Shown: positions 37,712-48,394 of the stretch, piece after piece
Layout: every line of letters starts with the position of its first letter
How positions within the stretch are numbered: position 1 is the stretch's first letter
Assembly (NCBI GenBank): GCA_031177865.1
Contig: JAPSKD010000002.1
Span: forward strand, 1,641 to 65,640
Origin: Bacillus sp. (in: firmicutes)
GTDB lineage: Bacteria; Bacillota; Bacilli; Bacillales; Cytobacillaceae
Direction: 5' to 3'
Length of the DNA: 64,000 bases
Notes under the pieces: generated by a model
Seen by the model: only the letters and a program-made list of their open reading frames with translations
Databases searched by the model: none
What the model was told of the DNA's origin: nothing
Position numbers and translations under genes: made by a program

Positions 37712-39449
37712 ATGAATTGGAGAAAATCAGCGAACAGCTGGCTTAGTTTTGATAATCTAGATAATGATTTAAAGAGCAAGTTACATGAATTATTAGACAC
37801 AGAAAAGCTATTGGAAGATTGTTTTTATAAACACTTAGAATTTGGTACAGGTGGTATGCGTGGAGAGATTGGACCTGGTACTAATAGGATGAATATCTAT
37901 ACGATCCGCAGAGCATCCGAAGGTCTTGCTCAGTATATCGCAGAGCAGGGAGAAGAAGCTAAGCAAAAAGGAATTGTTATTGCTTATGATTCCCGTCATA
38001 AATCACCTGAATTTGCCCAGGAAGTGGCAAAAACAGCAGGGAAGCATGGCATTAAAGCCTATTTATTTGAGGAACTAAGGCCAACTCCTGAACTGTCATT
38101 TGCTGTAAGATATCTAAATGCTTATGCTGGTGTTGTTATCACCGCTAGCCATAATCCTCCTGAATACAATGGATTTAAGGTCTATGGTTAGATGGAGGTC
38201 AAATCCCGCCAGAAGCTGCGGATAAAATTATTAAGTATGTAAATGCTGTTGAAAATGAGCTTACCATTGAAGTAGCTAATGAAAAAGAAATGCTGGAGAA
38301 TGGTCTTTTAACTTATATCGGTGAAAGCATTGATCGGGCATATGTTAATCAGCTAAAAACGATTCAATTAAACCCTGAACTAGTTGCGAAGATGGCAAAG
38401 GATTTAAAAATTGTCTTTTCCCCTCTTATGGTACAGCTAATAAGCCTGTTAGGGACGGGTTAAAAGCTTTTGGTTTTGAAAATGTAACGATTGTAGTAGA
38501 GCAGGAACTACCTGATCCTAACTTTTCTACAGTAAAATCTCCAAATCCGGAAGAGCATGCTGCGTTTGAATTGGCAATCAAGTATGGAAAAGAAATTGAT
38601 GCTGATATTTTATTAGGAACAGATCCGGATGCAGACAGGCTTGGCGTTGCAGTGAAAAATAGTGAAGGACAATATGAAGTGTTATCAGGTAATCAAATGG
38701 GTGCCTTAATGCTTGATTATCTGCTTTCTCAAAAGCAAGAGAAGGGACTTCTTCCCGAAAATGGGGTTCTTATTAAAACAATCGTAACCTCTGAAATTGG
38801 TCGAAAGATTGGTGAGGTCTATGGTATTCCAACTCTGGATACTTTGACAGGTTTTAAATTCATTGGAGAAAAGATTAATGAATTTGAGAAAACTGGTCAG
38901 TACTCATTCCTATTTGGATATGAAGAAAGTTATGGTTATTTGATTGGTGACTTTGTTCGTGATAAGGATGCTGTTCAATCTGCAATTTTTGCAGCGGAAG
39001 TAGCAGCTTATTATAAATCAAAGGGAATGACTTTATATGAAGGGCTCTTAGAGGTTTTCGAAAAATACGGACTCTATCAGGAAGCTTTGGAATCTATCAC
39101 TCTAAAAGGTAAAGAAGGAGCCGAGAAGATTGCTCATCTAATGGAAGCCGTTAGAAAACAGCCATTGAAAGAAGTTAATGGAATTGAGGTTAACCGTATA
39201 GAAGACTACTCTTCTAGTACATATTTCAATGTACTGAAAGGGGAAGAAGGACCGATCGAGTTGCCAAAATCAAACGTCCTTAAATATCACCTTACAGATG
39301 GATCCTGGTTCTGCCTTCGTCCATCAGGTACAGAGCCAAAAGCTAAGTTTTATTTTAGTGTAGTATCAGATAACTTGGAAGACAGCAAAACAAAGCTTAA
39401 AGAGTTAAAAAATGCTGTTATGGATAGAATAGAAGAGATTCTAAAATAA
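37712..39449 (+). pseudogene. pgm: Phosphoglucomutase/phosphomannomutase (PgcA-like) broken by two 1-nt deletions
   Basis: [36 protein letters not shown] lie in three frames; shifts at about 38189 and 38428; adding 2 nt restores a 579-aa ORF. Confidence 0.9.
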
Positions 39450-39497
39450 GAGAAGTCTCCCGTGCAGGGAGGCTTTATTCGTGTTGGGAGAATTCAA

Positions 39498-39884
39498 GTG
39501 AAACTTAAACGTATCCATCATATCGCTATTATTTGTTCTAATTATGAAAAGTCCAAGAGGTTTTATATAGATACTCTTGGGTTGAATGTTTTAAGAGAAG
39601 TCTACCGTGAGGAGAGGCAATCATACAAATTGGACTTGGAAGTAAACGGGCTTTACCAGATTGAGCTATTCTCTTTTCCGAATCCGCCAGAACGGCCAAA
39701 CTTTCCTGAAGCAGCGGGACTTCGTCATTTAGCTTTTGAGGTAGATGATATAGAAGAATGGAAAGAGTATCTTATATCTAATGGGGTAGATGTTGAACCA
39801 GTTAGAATAGACCCATACACAGATATGAAATTCATGTTTTTTTCTGATCCAGATGGTGTGCCTATTGAGCTTTACGAGTCGTAA
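39498..39884 (+). CDS. VOC/glyoxalase family protein (YwkD/YaeR-like)
   Basis: IHHIAIICS, IELFSFP, GLRHLAF, FFSDPDG.PIELYE. Confidence 0.92.
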   Translation: MKLKRIHHIAIICSNYEKSKRFYIDTLGLNVLREVYREERQSYKLDLEVNGLYQIELFSFPNPPERPNFPEAAGLRHLAFEVDDIEEWKEYLISNGVDVEPVRIDPYTDMKFMFFSDPDGVPIELYES

Positions 39885-40162
39885 ATACAATTCTACATTA
39901 ATAATGGAGAAGAGTGCTAATATTAATTTTCTTCTTCTTTATTACCTACTTTTCTCTCCTTCTCTATCATTAACCACTTTCACCTACACAAATCATCGAG
40001 TTTAGGCAGCACTACTTTTTTCTAAGAGCCCAGTGTCTGTCGAACTTTCTTCAAATTGGAAGTAATTAATTTCACTTTATACGACACCCTTTGCATGTAG
40101 TGTAAGATATCCTATAAATAATTGTTGGAACACTTTAAGAGAATCCTAATAAGGGGTGTGCT

Positions 40163-40282
40163 ATGTATAAAGAAGAAAGCTTTGTTCATGGTTTGCTTTG
40201 GGGTACTTGTATAGGGGGAATATGTTGGCTTTCACTATTTGGTTGGATTAAGTTGTTAATATTACAGTTTCATATATTGTGA
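40163..40282 (+). CDS. 39-aa small membrane protein (MYKEESFVHGLLWGTCIGGICWLSLFGWIKLLILQFHIL)
   Basis: RBS AAGGGGTG, ATG, one TM, terminator at 40288-40320. Confidence 0.7.
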   Translation: MYKEESFVHGLLWGTCIGGICWLSLFGWIKLLILQFHIL

Positions 40283-40429
40283 GTGTGCGGGGCAGAATAA
40301 TTCTGTCCTGTTTATTTTTATTAAACCATGGCGATTAGTGTTAATAGCTTGGTTTTGAAAAAAAGAGTATTCACAGAATAAATTTATCAAGAAAATTTTG
40401 TAACAAAAACGAAACAAATTGGTAAATAT

Positions 40430-40457
40430 TGAAATTTATTTTATCTTTAAACGTCTA
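40430..40457 (+). promoter_or_regulatory. ECF-sigma-type promoter
   Basis: TGAAAT-N16-CGTCTA, 26 nt before the 40484 gene. Confidence 0.55.
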
Positions 40458-40483
40458 ACTAATATAGATTCAATGGGAGAGGT

Positions 40484-41217
40484 GTGGAGGAGGTGAAAGG
40501 GAAAATTCCGTTAATAATCCTTACTGCGGTGTCCTTATCTACAGTGGGTGCATTTTATTATGGAGGTGCACCTAAAGAAACGAATGCAAATGAGAAAGAG
40601 CTGGTATCAAATGAAGTTCCACAATCACAGAAGTACGCTGAGTATAAAGATGGTAACACAGAAAAATTTATGGAATCCAAAGAAATCCCCCCTGCAAACA
40701 AGATAGTAACAAAAGGAAATGACGAAACAGAAAAATTGGAGGAGACTGGAGAAGCAGTTCAATCGAGTGAAAACAAAGAAAAAACAACTGAAAATAACAA
40801 AGATGCCGATGATGAAACAAAGGAAAAAGAAGAGGAACAGGTGGCAACAATTAAATATGGGACCTTCTTTATGTGGAAATCATTGACGGCAGCGAGAATA
40901 ATAGATTACAGCATATTATAAATATTGCAGCCAAATATGGTTCAAAGCTATACGTTGTGCAGGACACTGATCTTTATGCAATGTTTAAAAATGGGGAAAT
41001 GATCTATAACAGCAGTACGGGCTATTCCGCTGCCCCTTCTGGCTTTTCGGAATTGCTTAAAGAAGTGTTTACAGGAGAGGGGATTGTATATGAAGGTATG
41101 AATGAAAATATAGATTTTGTAAAAAAAACTGGGGCAAAGGTTAGTGTTGAATTTACGCGACACAAAGCGTTTACAATTGATCAAAAAGAGGATGGATGGA
41201 TTACGGTTAGCTGGTAA
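40484..41217 (+). pseudogene. Membrane-anchored hypothetical protein with a -1 frameshift
   Basis: N-terminal TM and acidic linker; one extra G at GGG 40859-40861 joins IKYG to DLLYVEIIDGSENN, giving about 244 aa. Confidence 0.65.
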
Positions 41218-41261
41218 AATAATTAACTAAAATCTTTGTATTTTGATATAGAAAGTTTGCT

Positions 41262-41283
41262 TTTAATCAAACGTTTGATTAAA
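41262..41283. promoter_or_regulatory. RefZ-binding motif (RBM)-like perfect palindrome
   Basis: TTTAATCAAACGTTTGATTAAA; core CAAACGTTTG as in Bacillus RBMs. Confidence 0.75.
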
Positions 41284-41534
41284 TTAAATGAGTGATTTAA
41301 CTCAATGTATATAGATATAAAGGGTCCGGTTAGAAAAAAACTTGTCTCTTCCATTATAGCCATTTAGACTCTTCATTGGATGAGTCTAAATGGGCTATTG
41401 CAAAATTGAAATCCTGAAGGATGAGTAGTGGCTATTTCAGTTTATCTTAATCAAGAATTAGTAAAAAGCATCATGAAAGATGGGAAAACTATATTCATCA
41501 AGTAACGTTTTTTTATATCTCATTCTCCAGCCTT

Positions 41535-42347
41535 TTACTTTAATTCAAAGGTAATTTCTTGCGGTTCTGTAATTGTGTTATTCTCTTTATCGGTAACTTT
41601 TCCAGTTATTATTTTTACCGTTTTTACTTTTAGCGGTTCAGGTTCCACTATAAATCCAATTCTTGATTCATCCCTTTCTTTACTACCAAATTTTCCTTCA
41701 TTATTTTTACCCCTAAACTCGATATTAGCGGCTATTTTATCTTCATCCGTGTTTAATATGACCTTATCTATAGGAACGTAGAATCTAAGATCGTCTTCAG
41801 AGGTGTTCTCCACCGAGTAATCAATGAGCATGTAGTTATAATTTTTACTGCCAAACCCTTCGGGCTCGGATGAGCCGTATGGATATTCATCAGTAACTTT
41901 CATATTTATTAGCTTTATATTATTAATAGTAAGAGATATTGGATTTAGATCGATTGTTTTGTTTGCTTCTTTTAAAACAAGGAGTTCGCTTATCATCCCG
42001 TTATATTCGATTATTTGTCCAACAGTCTTAAGGGTAGTCTTATCGTCTTTATCACTTTTTTCATCCGATGTGTCTAAAGGTTCCTGTATATTATCCTTTG
42101 GCTCAGTAGCTCTGTTGGTTTCAAATACATTAATCTGTGTTCCGGCAAAATATGTGATTCCCAGAAATAATGCAGAAACAACCGAAAAACTGAGCAAAGC
42201 ATTAAACTTATTCTTTATCGCTCTCTTTTGAGACTTAGATTTTTCAATTGTGGCCAAAACTTTTTGATAGTGTACATTATCAAACGAAACATCTTTTAAA
42301 ATACTTTTTTCCATTTTTGCTTTTAAATTTTCCAATTCATTCTGCAT
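41535..42347 (-). CDS. Putative anti-sigma factor (single TM, extracellular Ig-like domain)
   Basis: Overlaps the ECF sigma stop codon; cytoplasmic N-terminus, TM at about aa 50-70, DUF4352-like beta domain. Confidence 0.7.
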   Translation of the reverse strand: MQNELENLKAKMEKSILKDVSFDNVHYQKVLATIEKSKSQKRAIKNKFNALLSFSVVSALFLGITYFAGTQINVFETNRATEPKDNIQEPLDTSDEKSDKDDKTTLKTVGQIIEYNGMISELLVLKEANKTIDLNPISLTINNIKLINMKVTDEYPYGSSEPEGFGSKNYNYMLIDYSVENTSEDDLRFYVPIDKVILNTDEDKIAANIEFRGKNNEGKFGSKERDESRIGFIVEPEPLKVKTVKIITGKVTDKENNTITEPQEITFELK

Positions 42348-42894
42348 GAAATGACCACGCTCCCAGTGATTCTTTTAACTTAAGGCGTCCCCGATGCAAT
42401 CTCGTTTTCACTGTATTAGGATTAATCTGTAACAAATCCGCTATTTCCTCAATTGAAAAATCCTGATAATAAAATAAAATAATGACCTCTCGCAACTTCA
42501 CTGGCAGTGCAATGACTTGCTGAGAAATTGTTTCACTTTCGTCGGAGCTAAAGTATTGTTGTTCAAGAGTAGAAAACGTTTGTTTAGATTTAAAAAAGTC
42601 AGTTATAAGTACGTTTTTAAAGGACCAGCTTTTCAAAACATCTTTGCATCTGTTTACTGTAATTCTTATCAGCCACGTTTTATATGATGATTGATGTTTA
42701 AAAGTATCCATTTTCTCGTAGCACTTTATAAATACATCTTGTGCTACATCTTCTGCCAATTGTTTTTGTTTTAGGTATGTATAAGCAATTCTTATAACAT
42801 CATTTCCATAGGCTTTCATTAACCACTTAAGTTTTTCTTCACAATCTAAATGATCTAGAGGTTCTGCTTTTGAGTCATCTGCCAAATTAGTCAT
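42337..42894 (-). CDS. ECF sigma-70 factor
   Basis: AEDVAQDVFIK, YKTWLIRITVNRCKD, REVIILFYY..EEIA..TVKTRLHRGR. Confidence 0.95.
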   Translation of the reverse strand: MTNLADDSKAEPLDHLDCEEKLKWLMKAYGNDVIRIAYTYLKQKQLAEDVAQDVFIKCYEKMDTFKHQSSYKTWLIRITVNRCKDVLKSWSFKNVLITDFFKSKQTFSTLEQQYFSSDESETISQQVIALPVKLREVIILFYYQDFSIEEIADLLQINPNTVKTRLHRGRLKLKESLGAWSFHAE

Positions 42895-42926
42895 TTTTTT
42901 CCTCGCAATTCTTGTTTCTTGGTAAT

Positions 42927-42953
42927 TAGACGATTCGTATTTTTAAAAGGTTC
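42927..42953 (-). promoter_or_regulatory. Probable autoregulated ECF promoter
   Basis: Minus strand GAACC-N16-CGTCTA upstream of the sigma gene. Confidence 0.65.
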
Positions 42954-43115
42954 TATTTAGGACTTTTTTAAATCCTATTAGCTGGCCGGTCCTGAAAAAC
43001 CCTATCACTGAAGAAAGATCAGTTCTCAGTCTCAGCTGGGACTTTTTATATATTTTACTAGATGAAATTGGTAAAATGAGAACTAAAGGCATCTTGTTTC
43101 ACGGAAGGAAAGAAC

Positions 43116-43834
43116 ATGAAGAACTTAAGAAAAGTAACACTGGCTATTACATTATTATTGGGAATCTTTTTATTTGTGGTATCTATTCCGGTTACCAGTA
43201 AAATGATCATGGAAAAGTTTTATGATTTTGAAATGGAAAAAAAATATAGAATAACAGAGCTAAACGAGATGTATAAAGGGGCTCCAACTGAGTATGAGTT
43301 TGGGGGTTCAAAGATCGACATATACAGAATACTGGAAGAAAACAAGTCATACGAGAATCCAAGGGGCGATTTGGTTACCCCGGCAGATATTTATGTAACC
43401 GTCGATAGCTTAACACAGGAAGTCCTAAAAGGCTACCCTGTGAAAGTCGGAAAGGATGGCTTAAATCAATATACTCATTGGATAAGAAAACAGATCGGGA
43501 ATCCTTCGTTATTGTTCTCCGGATGAACGGGGCAAAGGAAAGAATGATTGGCAATAGAATGGAAGGTTTTGTCCCAATCGAAGAGTTCAAGTATATGGCT
43601 ATTACAATCAAGGAAGATGGCACATTAACAAAAGAACCATTTACATACAAAAATAAAAACAAACTACAGACAAAGCTGATCCCGCCGATGCACTTTGGAG
43701 GAGCAGGGTATTATACAGATGACTGGAATGGCTATCCTGTTTTCTATTTTCCTCTTTTATATCCCTTTTTGACAGCCATTTTAGGAATTCTACTCATATG
43801 CCTATCAATAAGAAAGCTAAAGAATTCATTATAA
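43116..43834 (+). pseudogene. Membrane protein (N- and C-terminal TM) split by a frameshift
   Basis: ORF 43116..43526 has the N-terminal TM; overlapping ORF 43478..43834 has no RBS and carries the C-terminal TM; junction at about 43475-43480. Confidence 0.65.
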
Positions 43835-44031
43835 TTCTTTCATACAGGAAACTGGCTTGGTAAGGACTGAGCTGGTTTTTTATATTTTCTGACGATAATC
43901 TTCTATCTTTGAAATGGTTTATGATTTCTACATTAAAAGTGGAAGGTATATTCCAATTTTTAGTGTAACTTGTAATCGAATCTAGTAAAATATCATTAGG
44001 TAAATTATCTCATATAAAAGGAGCAGAAGTC

Positions 44032-47000
44032 TTGAAGAAACTATTATCCATCATTCTAGTTTTACAGTTATTACTCGTCCCGGCAGCAGCATCGGCCCAA
44101 GGAGAGGAAGAGAAGAATAAGCAGGCTGGGGAAACCATATCAGCAGATTTTTCAGTTGATTCAAAGCCTAAATTATCACTTGAAGGAGAAGCCAATTATC
44201 AAGAACCATCTAATTACCCTCTTAAGAATAATGGGGAGCTGATTGATGTCCTGATAGACAGTTATGGGGTGAATCATTATACATATTTTAATAATCTAGC
44301 AAACTCGCCCGATAACTCAGAGTATATGGAACTCGGTTTACTATACAGATCGAATCAGTCTTCTGCGAAAGACGGATTGCTTACCATTGAGTTCTATAAG
44401 GAAGCCAATAATTCCTTATCTTATGTGGGTGGCAGTGACTTTCCTGTTGCATGGTTTACTGAAGCTACCCTTGGCGTAGATTTGCAAAAAAGTTATTTTG
44501 CAGACCAGCGTTATCTTTATATGAGAATAGGTACATCACAAAACAGTTCTGATACTTACTACTCAGATGTAACGCTGTTTAAGGTTGAAAACCCATTTGC
44601 TTCAGTGAATCCATCCTTACCGCCTGATCAATATGCGGTCATAAGCAATGAGTCCGTTGATGCAGAGACAGCACAGTCTTCTGGAACATTTGATGTTAAA
44701 GAAATGAAATATACAAAAGACAGCAGTTTGAAACCGAGTGCTTATAAAGTCGATTACGATAAACCTTTTGATAGTTCAAGCAATAAGGGGAGGCTGTTAG
44801 AAAAAAATACTAAGTCTATAAATAGCCTTTACAGTGTTGGTGATTATAAGAATTTTTGGGTTTCCAATTTGACAACCAATGCTAACGAACAAATAAATGC
44901 CAGGCTGGCATACAGCGGGACCAAGGCAAATGTGTGGGTTCATAATAATCAAATCACAGATTCAGATGCGGGAAAATTAGGTGTTGAGTTTGACAGTAAG
45001 ATTCATTCCTCTGTTACGAATCATTTTGGCCCGGAATCTGATGTCAATCATGATGGGAAAATAAATATATTAACCTATGATATTCAGGATGGCTTTTCTG
45101 GTAGCGGGGGGTATGTCGCAGGTTATTTCTGGGCGGGAGATTTGTATAATGTCCCTGGTTCAAATATGTCAGAGATTTTTTATATTGATACCTATCCTGC
45201 AATGGGAATGGGATCTGTCAAAGATGTGACCAGTTCATATGAAACGCTGGCACATGAGTTTCAGCATATGGTGAATTTTAATCGCAATGCCCTTATTGAG
45301 GGTGGAGGAAATATGGACACCTGGCTGAATGAGTCGTTATCCATGGCAGCAGAACAAATATATACAGGATACGGTCTTGAAGACAGAGTGAATTATTACA
45401 ATGTATCGGAAGCTATTCAAAATGGCCATTCATTACTTTATTGGGATCGTTATGGAGATACATTGTCCAACTATTCCTTGTCTTATCTGTTTGGACAATA
45501 TATTAAAATTCAAGCCGGGATAGGGGATGAAATTTTTAAAGAAATCCTTGAGGATCCCAAAAATGACTATGCAGCAGTTGAAAATGCTGCAAAAAAATAT
45601 ATCGATCCAAATATGACTTTCGGAAAGTTAATGACCAATTTTAGAATTGCACTACTATTAAAAGAGCGTGACGGCTTACGTGGATTTAAGGGTGATCCAT
45701 TCTTCGATTCGTTAAATGAAAAGATCTTTAATGGCAATTCAGTTAATCTCCGTGGAGGCGGCTCGGTTGTAACAGCATTTAATTCAGAGGAAGGGTTTGA
45801 AGAGCCTGCCGAAAAAGGGGCGGATATTACCTATACTATTCTGGACATGACTTCGGGAGAAACAGATACCACACCGCCGTCCAGTCCTGTCGTGAATCAG
45901 GTTGGAGACGCGGATTCGGCTATCACTGGAAAAGCTGAAGCTAATGCTGCAGTCTATGCTATTGCAGAAGGAAGTGAAATTGGAAGGGACACAGCAAACC
46001 AAGCAGGAGATTTTCAGCTATCTATTTCACCGCAAATAGCAGGAACGAGAATTGAAGTCTATGCTATGGATCAATCCGGAAATGTAAGTGAACCTGCTAT
46101 AGTGACAGTAGAAGATGTTACTGTTCCTGGTGTTCCACAAGTAAATAATGTGACAGATCAAGACTTAAAAGTAACCGGAACAGCCGAACTTAATTCTTCA
46201 ATAACAGTCAAAATCGGACTGGATAGCTGGACAGGAAAGGCAAATACAGCAGGTCAATTCTCTGTTGCTATTCCAAAACAGCAAGCTGGAACTCAAATTG
46301 AAGTTACTGCCAAAGATGATGCCGGAAATGTCAGTGCTGCTGCTACAGTAACAGTGGCAGATAAAACTCCGCCGGCAGCTCCTGCAGTAAATAAGGTAAC
46401 AGACCAATCAACTGCTGTTACAGGAACTGCTGAAAATGGCTCAGAAGTAACTGTTAAAATTGGAACGGAAAGCTGGAAAGGGACTACCAATACAGAGGGT
46501 CACTTCTCAATCACAATTCCAAAACAAAAAGCAGGTACAATTATTGAAGTAACAGCTAAAGATACAGCAGGGAATGCGAGTTCTTCTGCAAAGGTCACAG
46601 TTGTTGATGGAACGCCTCCTAATGCCCCAATGGTAAATACAGTATCTGATCGCAACTTGAAAATATATGGAACAGCAGAACCAGGTTCGACCATCTCTGT
46701 CAGAATAGGTACCTCTGAAATCGGGAAGGGTGCTGTAGGAGAGAGTGGCTTCTTTGCCGTTGAAATCCATGCTCAACAAAATGAAGGAACAGAGCTTGTC
46801 ATCATTGCCTTTGATGCAGAGAGAAATGCAAGCAGTCCAACAAAGGTGAAAGTCATCAAAGGGGATACCCAGCTTAGTAAACTAGTTGGAAAAACCCGCT
46901 ATACTACAGCTGTTGAAATTTCAAAAAAGGGCTGGTCTGCATCAGATACAATCTTCCTGGTGAATGGCTGGGCGATTGCTGATGGATTAACGGCTACACC

Positions 47001-47781
47001 ATTGGCTTCTGCTAAGAATGCTCCGATTCTTTTAGCGGCAACAAATAGTTTGCCTGAAGAGACGATGTCAGAAATCAAGCGGCTTAAGACAAAAAATATT
47101 GTGCTTATTGGGGGATCAGGGGTCATTTCGGACGGAGTAAAGAATAGTCTTTCCTCTCAAGGATACTCGGTATCACGAATTGGCGGAAAAACGAGATATG
47201 AGACGTCACTTAAGATCGCACAGGAGCTGGATAAATTGGTCGATGTCCATACGGTCTATATGGCTTATGGCCACGGAGAACCTGATGCTTTGTCAATCTC
47301 AGCTCAAACCGGTCAAACCAAGCAGCCAATTATCTTAACAGAGAAAAAGGCTGTACCAGCCAATACGTATCAATGGCTAAAGGGCGAAGGTCTTCAAACC
47401 TCCTACTTTATTGGGGGGAAAGGTGTGATCTACCCGGCTATCATAACTGAGATGAACAGCATCACTGCAAAAAGTGTGGTAAATAATCGGTTAAGCGGTG
47501 TTAACCGCCAGGAGACCAATGCTAAAGTCATTCAAGCCTTCTACAAGCAAGATGAAATGCCTACGATTATGGTAGCTCATGCAAGTACCACTAAACTAGT
47601 AGATGCTCTAGCAGCAGGGCCTTTGGCGGCTAAATACAATGTTCCTGTTTTATTGGTATCCAATAAGCTGGATTCTTCACAAGTTAATGTGATTAAAGGG
47701 AAGTATGCTAATGATGTCCATCAGATTGGCGGGGGCATTGGAGATTCGGTATTAAAGCAAGTAGTGGATTTAATGAATTAG
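44032..47781 (+). CDS. Secreted zinc metalloprotease (M30-like) + four Ig-like repeats + CWB2 x3
   Basis: ETLAHEFQH..WLNESLS; repeats PxVNxVTD..VTGTAE..AKDxAGNxS; C-terminal CWB2. Confidence 0.85.
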   Translation: MKKLLSIILVLQLLLVPAAASAQGEEEKNKQAGETISADFSVDSKPKLSLEGEANYQEPSNYPLKNNGELIDVLIDSYGVNHYTYFNNLANSPDNSEYMELGLLYRSNQSSAKDGLLTIEFYKEANNSLSYVGGSDFPVAWFTEATLGVDLQKSYFADQRYLYMRIGTSQNSSDTYYSDVTLFKVENPFASVNPSLPPDQYAVISNESVDAETAQSSGTFDVKEMKYTKDSSLKPSAYKVDYDKPFDSSSNKGRLLEKNTKSINSLYSVGDYKNFWVSNLTTNANEQINARLAYSGTKANVWVHNNQITDSDAGKLGVEFDSKIHSSVTNHFGPESDVNHDGKINILTYDIQDGFSGSGGYVAGYFWAGDLYNVPGSNMSEIFYIDTYPAMGMGSVKDVTSSYETLAHEFQHMVNFNRNALIEGGGNMDTWLNESLSMAAEQIYTGYGLEDRVNYYNVSEAIQNGHSLLYWDRYGDTLSNYSLSYLFGQYIKIQAGIGDEIFKEILEDPKNDYAAVENAAKKYIDPNMTFGKLMTNFRIALLLKERDGLRGFKGDPFFDSLNEKIFNGNSVNLRGGGSVVTAFNSEEGFEEPAEKGADITYTILDMTSGETDTTPPSSPVVNQVGDADSAITGKAEANAAVYAIAEGSEIGRDTANQAGDFQLSISPQIAGTRIEVYAMDQSGNVSEPAIVTVEDVTVPGVPQVNNVTDQDLKVTGTAELNSSITVKIGLDSWTGKANTAGQFSVAIPKQQAGTQIEVTAKDDAGNVSAAATVTVADKTPPAAPAVNKVTDQSTAVTGTAENGSEVTVKIGTESWKGTTNTEGHFSITIPKQKAGTIIEVTAKDTAGNASSSAKVTVVDGTPPNAPMVNTVSDRNLKIYGTAEPGSTISVRIGTSEIGKGAVGESGFFAVEIHAQQNEGTELVIIAFDAERNASSPTKVKVIKGDTQLSKLVGKTRYTTAVEISKKGWSASDTIFLVNGWAIADGLTATPLASAKNAPILLAATNSLPEETMSEIKRLKTKNIVLIGGSGVISDGVKNSLSSQGYSVSRIGGKTRYETSLKIAQELDKLVDVHTVYMAYGHGEPDALSISAQTGQTKQPIILTEKKAVPANTYQWLKGEGLQTSYFIGGKGVIYPAIITEMNSITAKSVVNNRLSGVNRQETNAKVIQAFYKQDEMPTIMVAHASTTKLVDALAAGPLAAKYNVPVLLVSNKLDSSQVNVIKGKYANDVHQIGGGIGDSVLKQVVDLMN

Positions 47782-47890
47782 CATTAGAGGTGATTAATGA
47801 TTGTCGAGCAAACAATTAATCACTCTCTTTTTCCTAGCATTTGGCATCATTTATATAAATAAGATGCCGCAGAACTTGGGTATTCTATAC

Positions 47891-47912
47891 TTCAATCAAA
47901 CGTTTGATTGAA
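47891..47912. promoter_or_regulatory. Second RefZ-binding motif-like perfect palindrome
   Basis: TTCAATCAAACGTTTGATTGAA. Confidence 0.75.
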
Positions 47913-48011
47913 AAAATTATGTAATTGATAGATCTACAATATGGTAACAATATATATAATATTACCATTTATTATGTTATACTTTCTTAGAATTATTTAG
48001 GAGGAAGTAGT

Positions 48012-48128
48012 GTGGAAGGTAAAAAAAGTAAATGTAATTTCCTTAGGGTTATTTTATGGGGAACATTGTTTATTATAGAGATAATAAATTTAAAAATACG
48101 AAATAAAGTAAAACCATCTCTGAAATGA
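48012..48128 (+). CDS. 38-aa small ORF, possibly a damaged paralog of 40163..40282
   Basis: RBS TAGGAGGAAG, GTG; MEGKKSKCNFLRVILWGTLFII..; ends inside the terminator. Confidence 0.4.
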   Translation: MEGKKSKCNFLRVILWGTLFIIEIINLKIRNKVKPSLK

Positions 48129-48134
48129 GATGGT

Positions 48135-48278
48135 TTATTTAAATATTCTTAGAAAATCTGGATAATAAACTGTGAGCAAGATGGCCAACCCTAATAATAT
48201 GATTACTCCAAAATTTAGAATATAAAGGATCTTGATCCCTAAATCGTAGCGTTCTTTATTATATTTTCTTTTAGTCAC
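48135..48278 (-). CDS. 47-aa single-TM protein (MTKRKYNKERYDLGIKILYILNFGVIILLGLAILLTVYYPDFLRIFK)
   Basis: GGAG then GTG; basic N-terminus + TM; stop abuts the bidirectional terminator 48111-48137. Confidence 0.55.
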   Translation of the reverse strand: MTKRKYNKERYDLGIKILYILNFGVIILLGLAILLTVYYPDFLRIFK

Positions 48279-48394
48279 TTTAACCGACTCCAAATAATAT
48301 ATATAATAGTGGGAATGGAATATCTTATGATTATCAAATTTTTAAATACTATGTATAAAAATCCTCTTTCACTATAAGTGAAAGAGGATTCCCT

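Noticed and set aside
38186-38195. Programmed frameshift or stop read-through in pgm
   Set aside because: Frame changes twice, with no slippery heptamer or stimulatory hairpin seen.
39900-39990. Minus-strand RBS + ATG (MIEKERKVGNKEEEN)
   Set aside because: Stops after 15 codons; at most a gene remnant.
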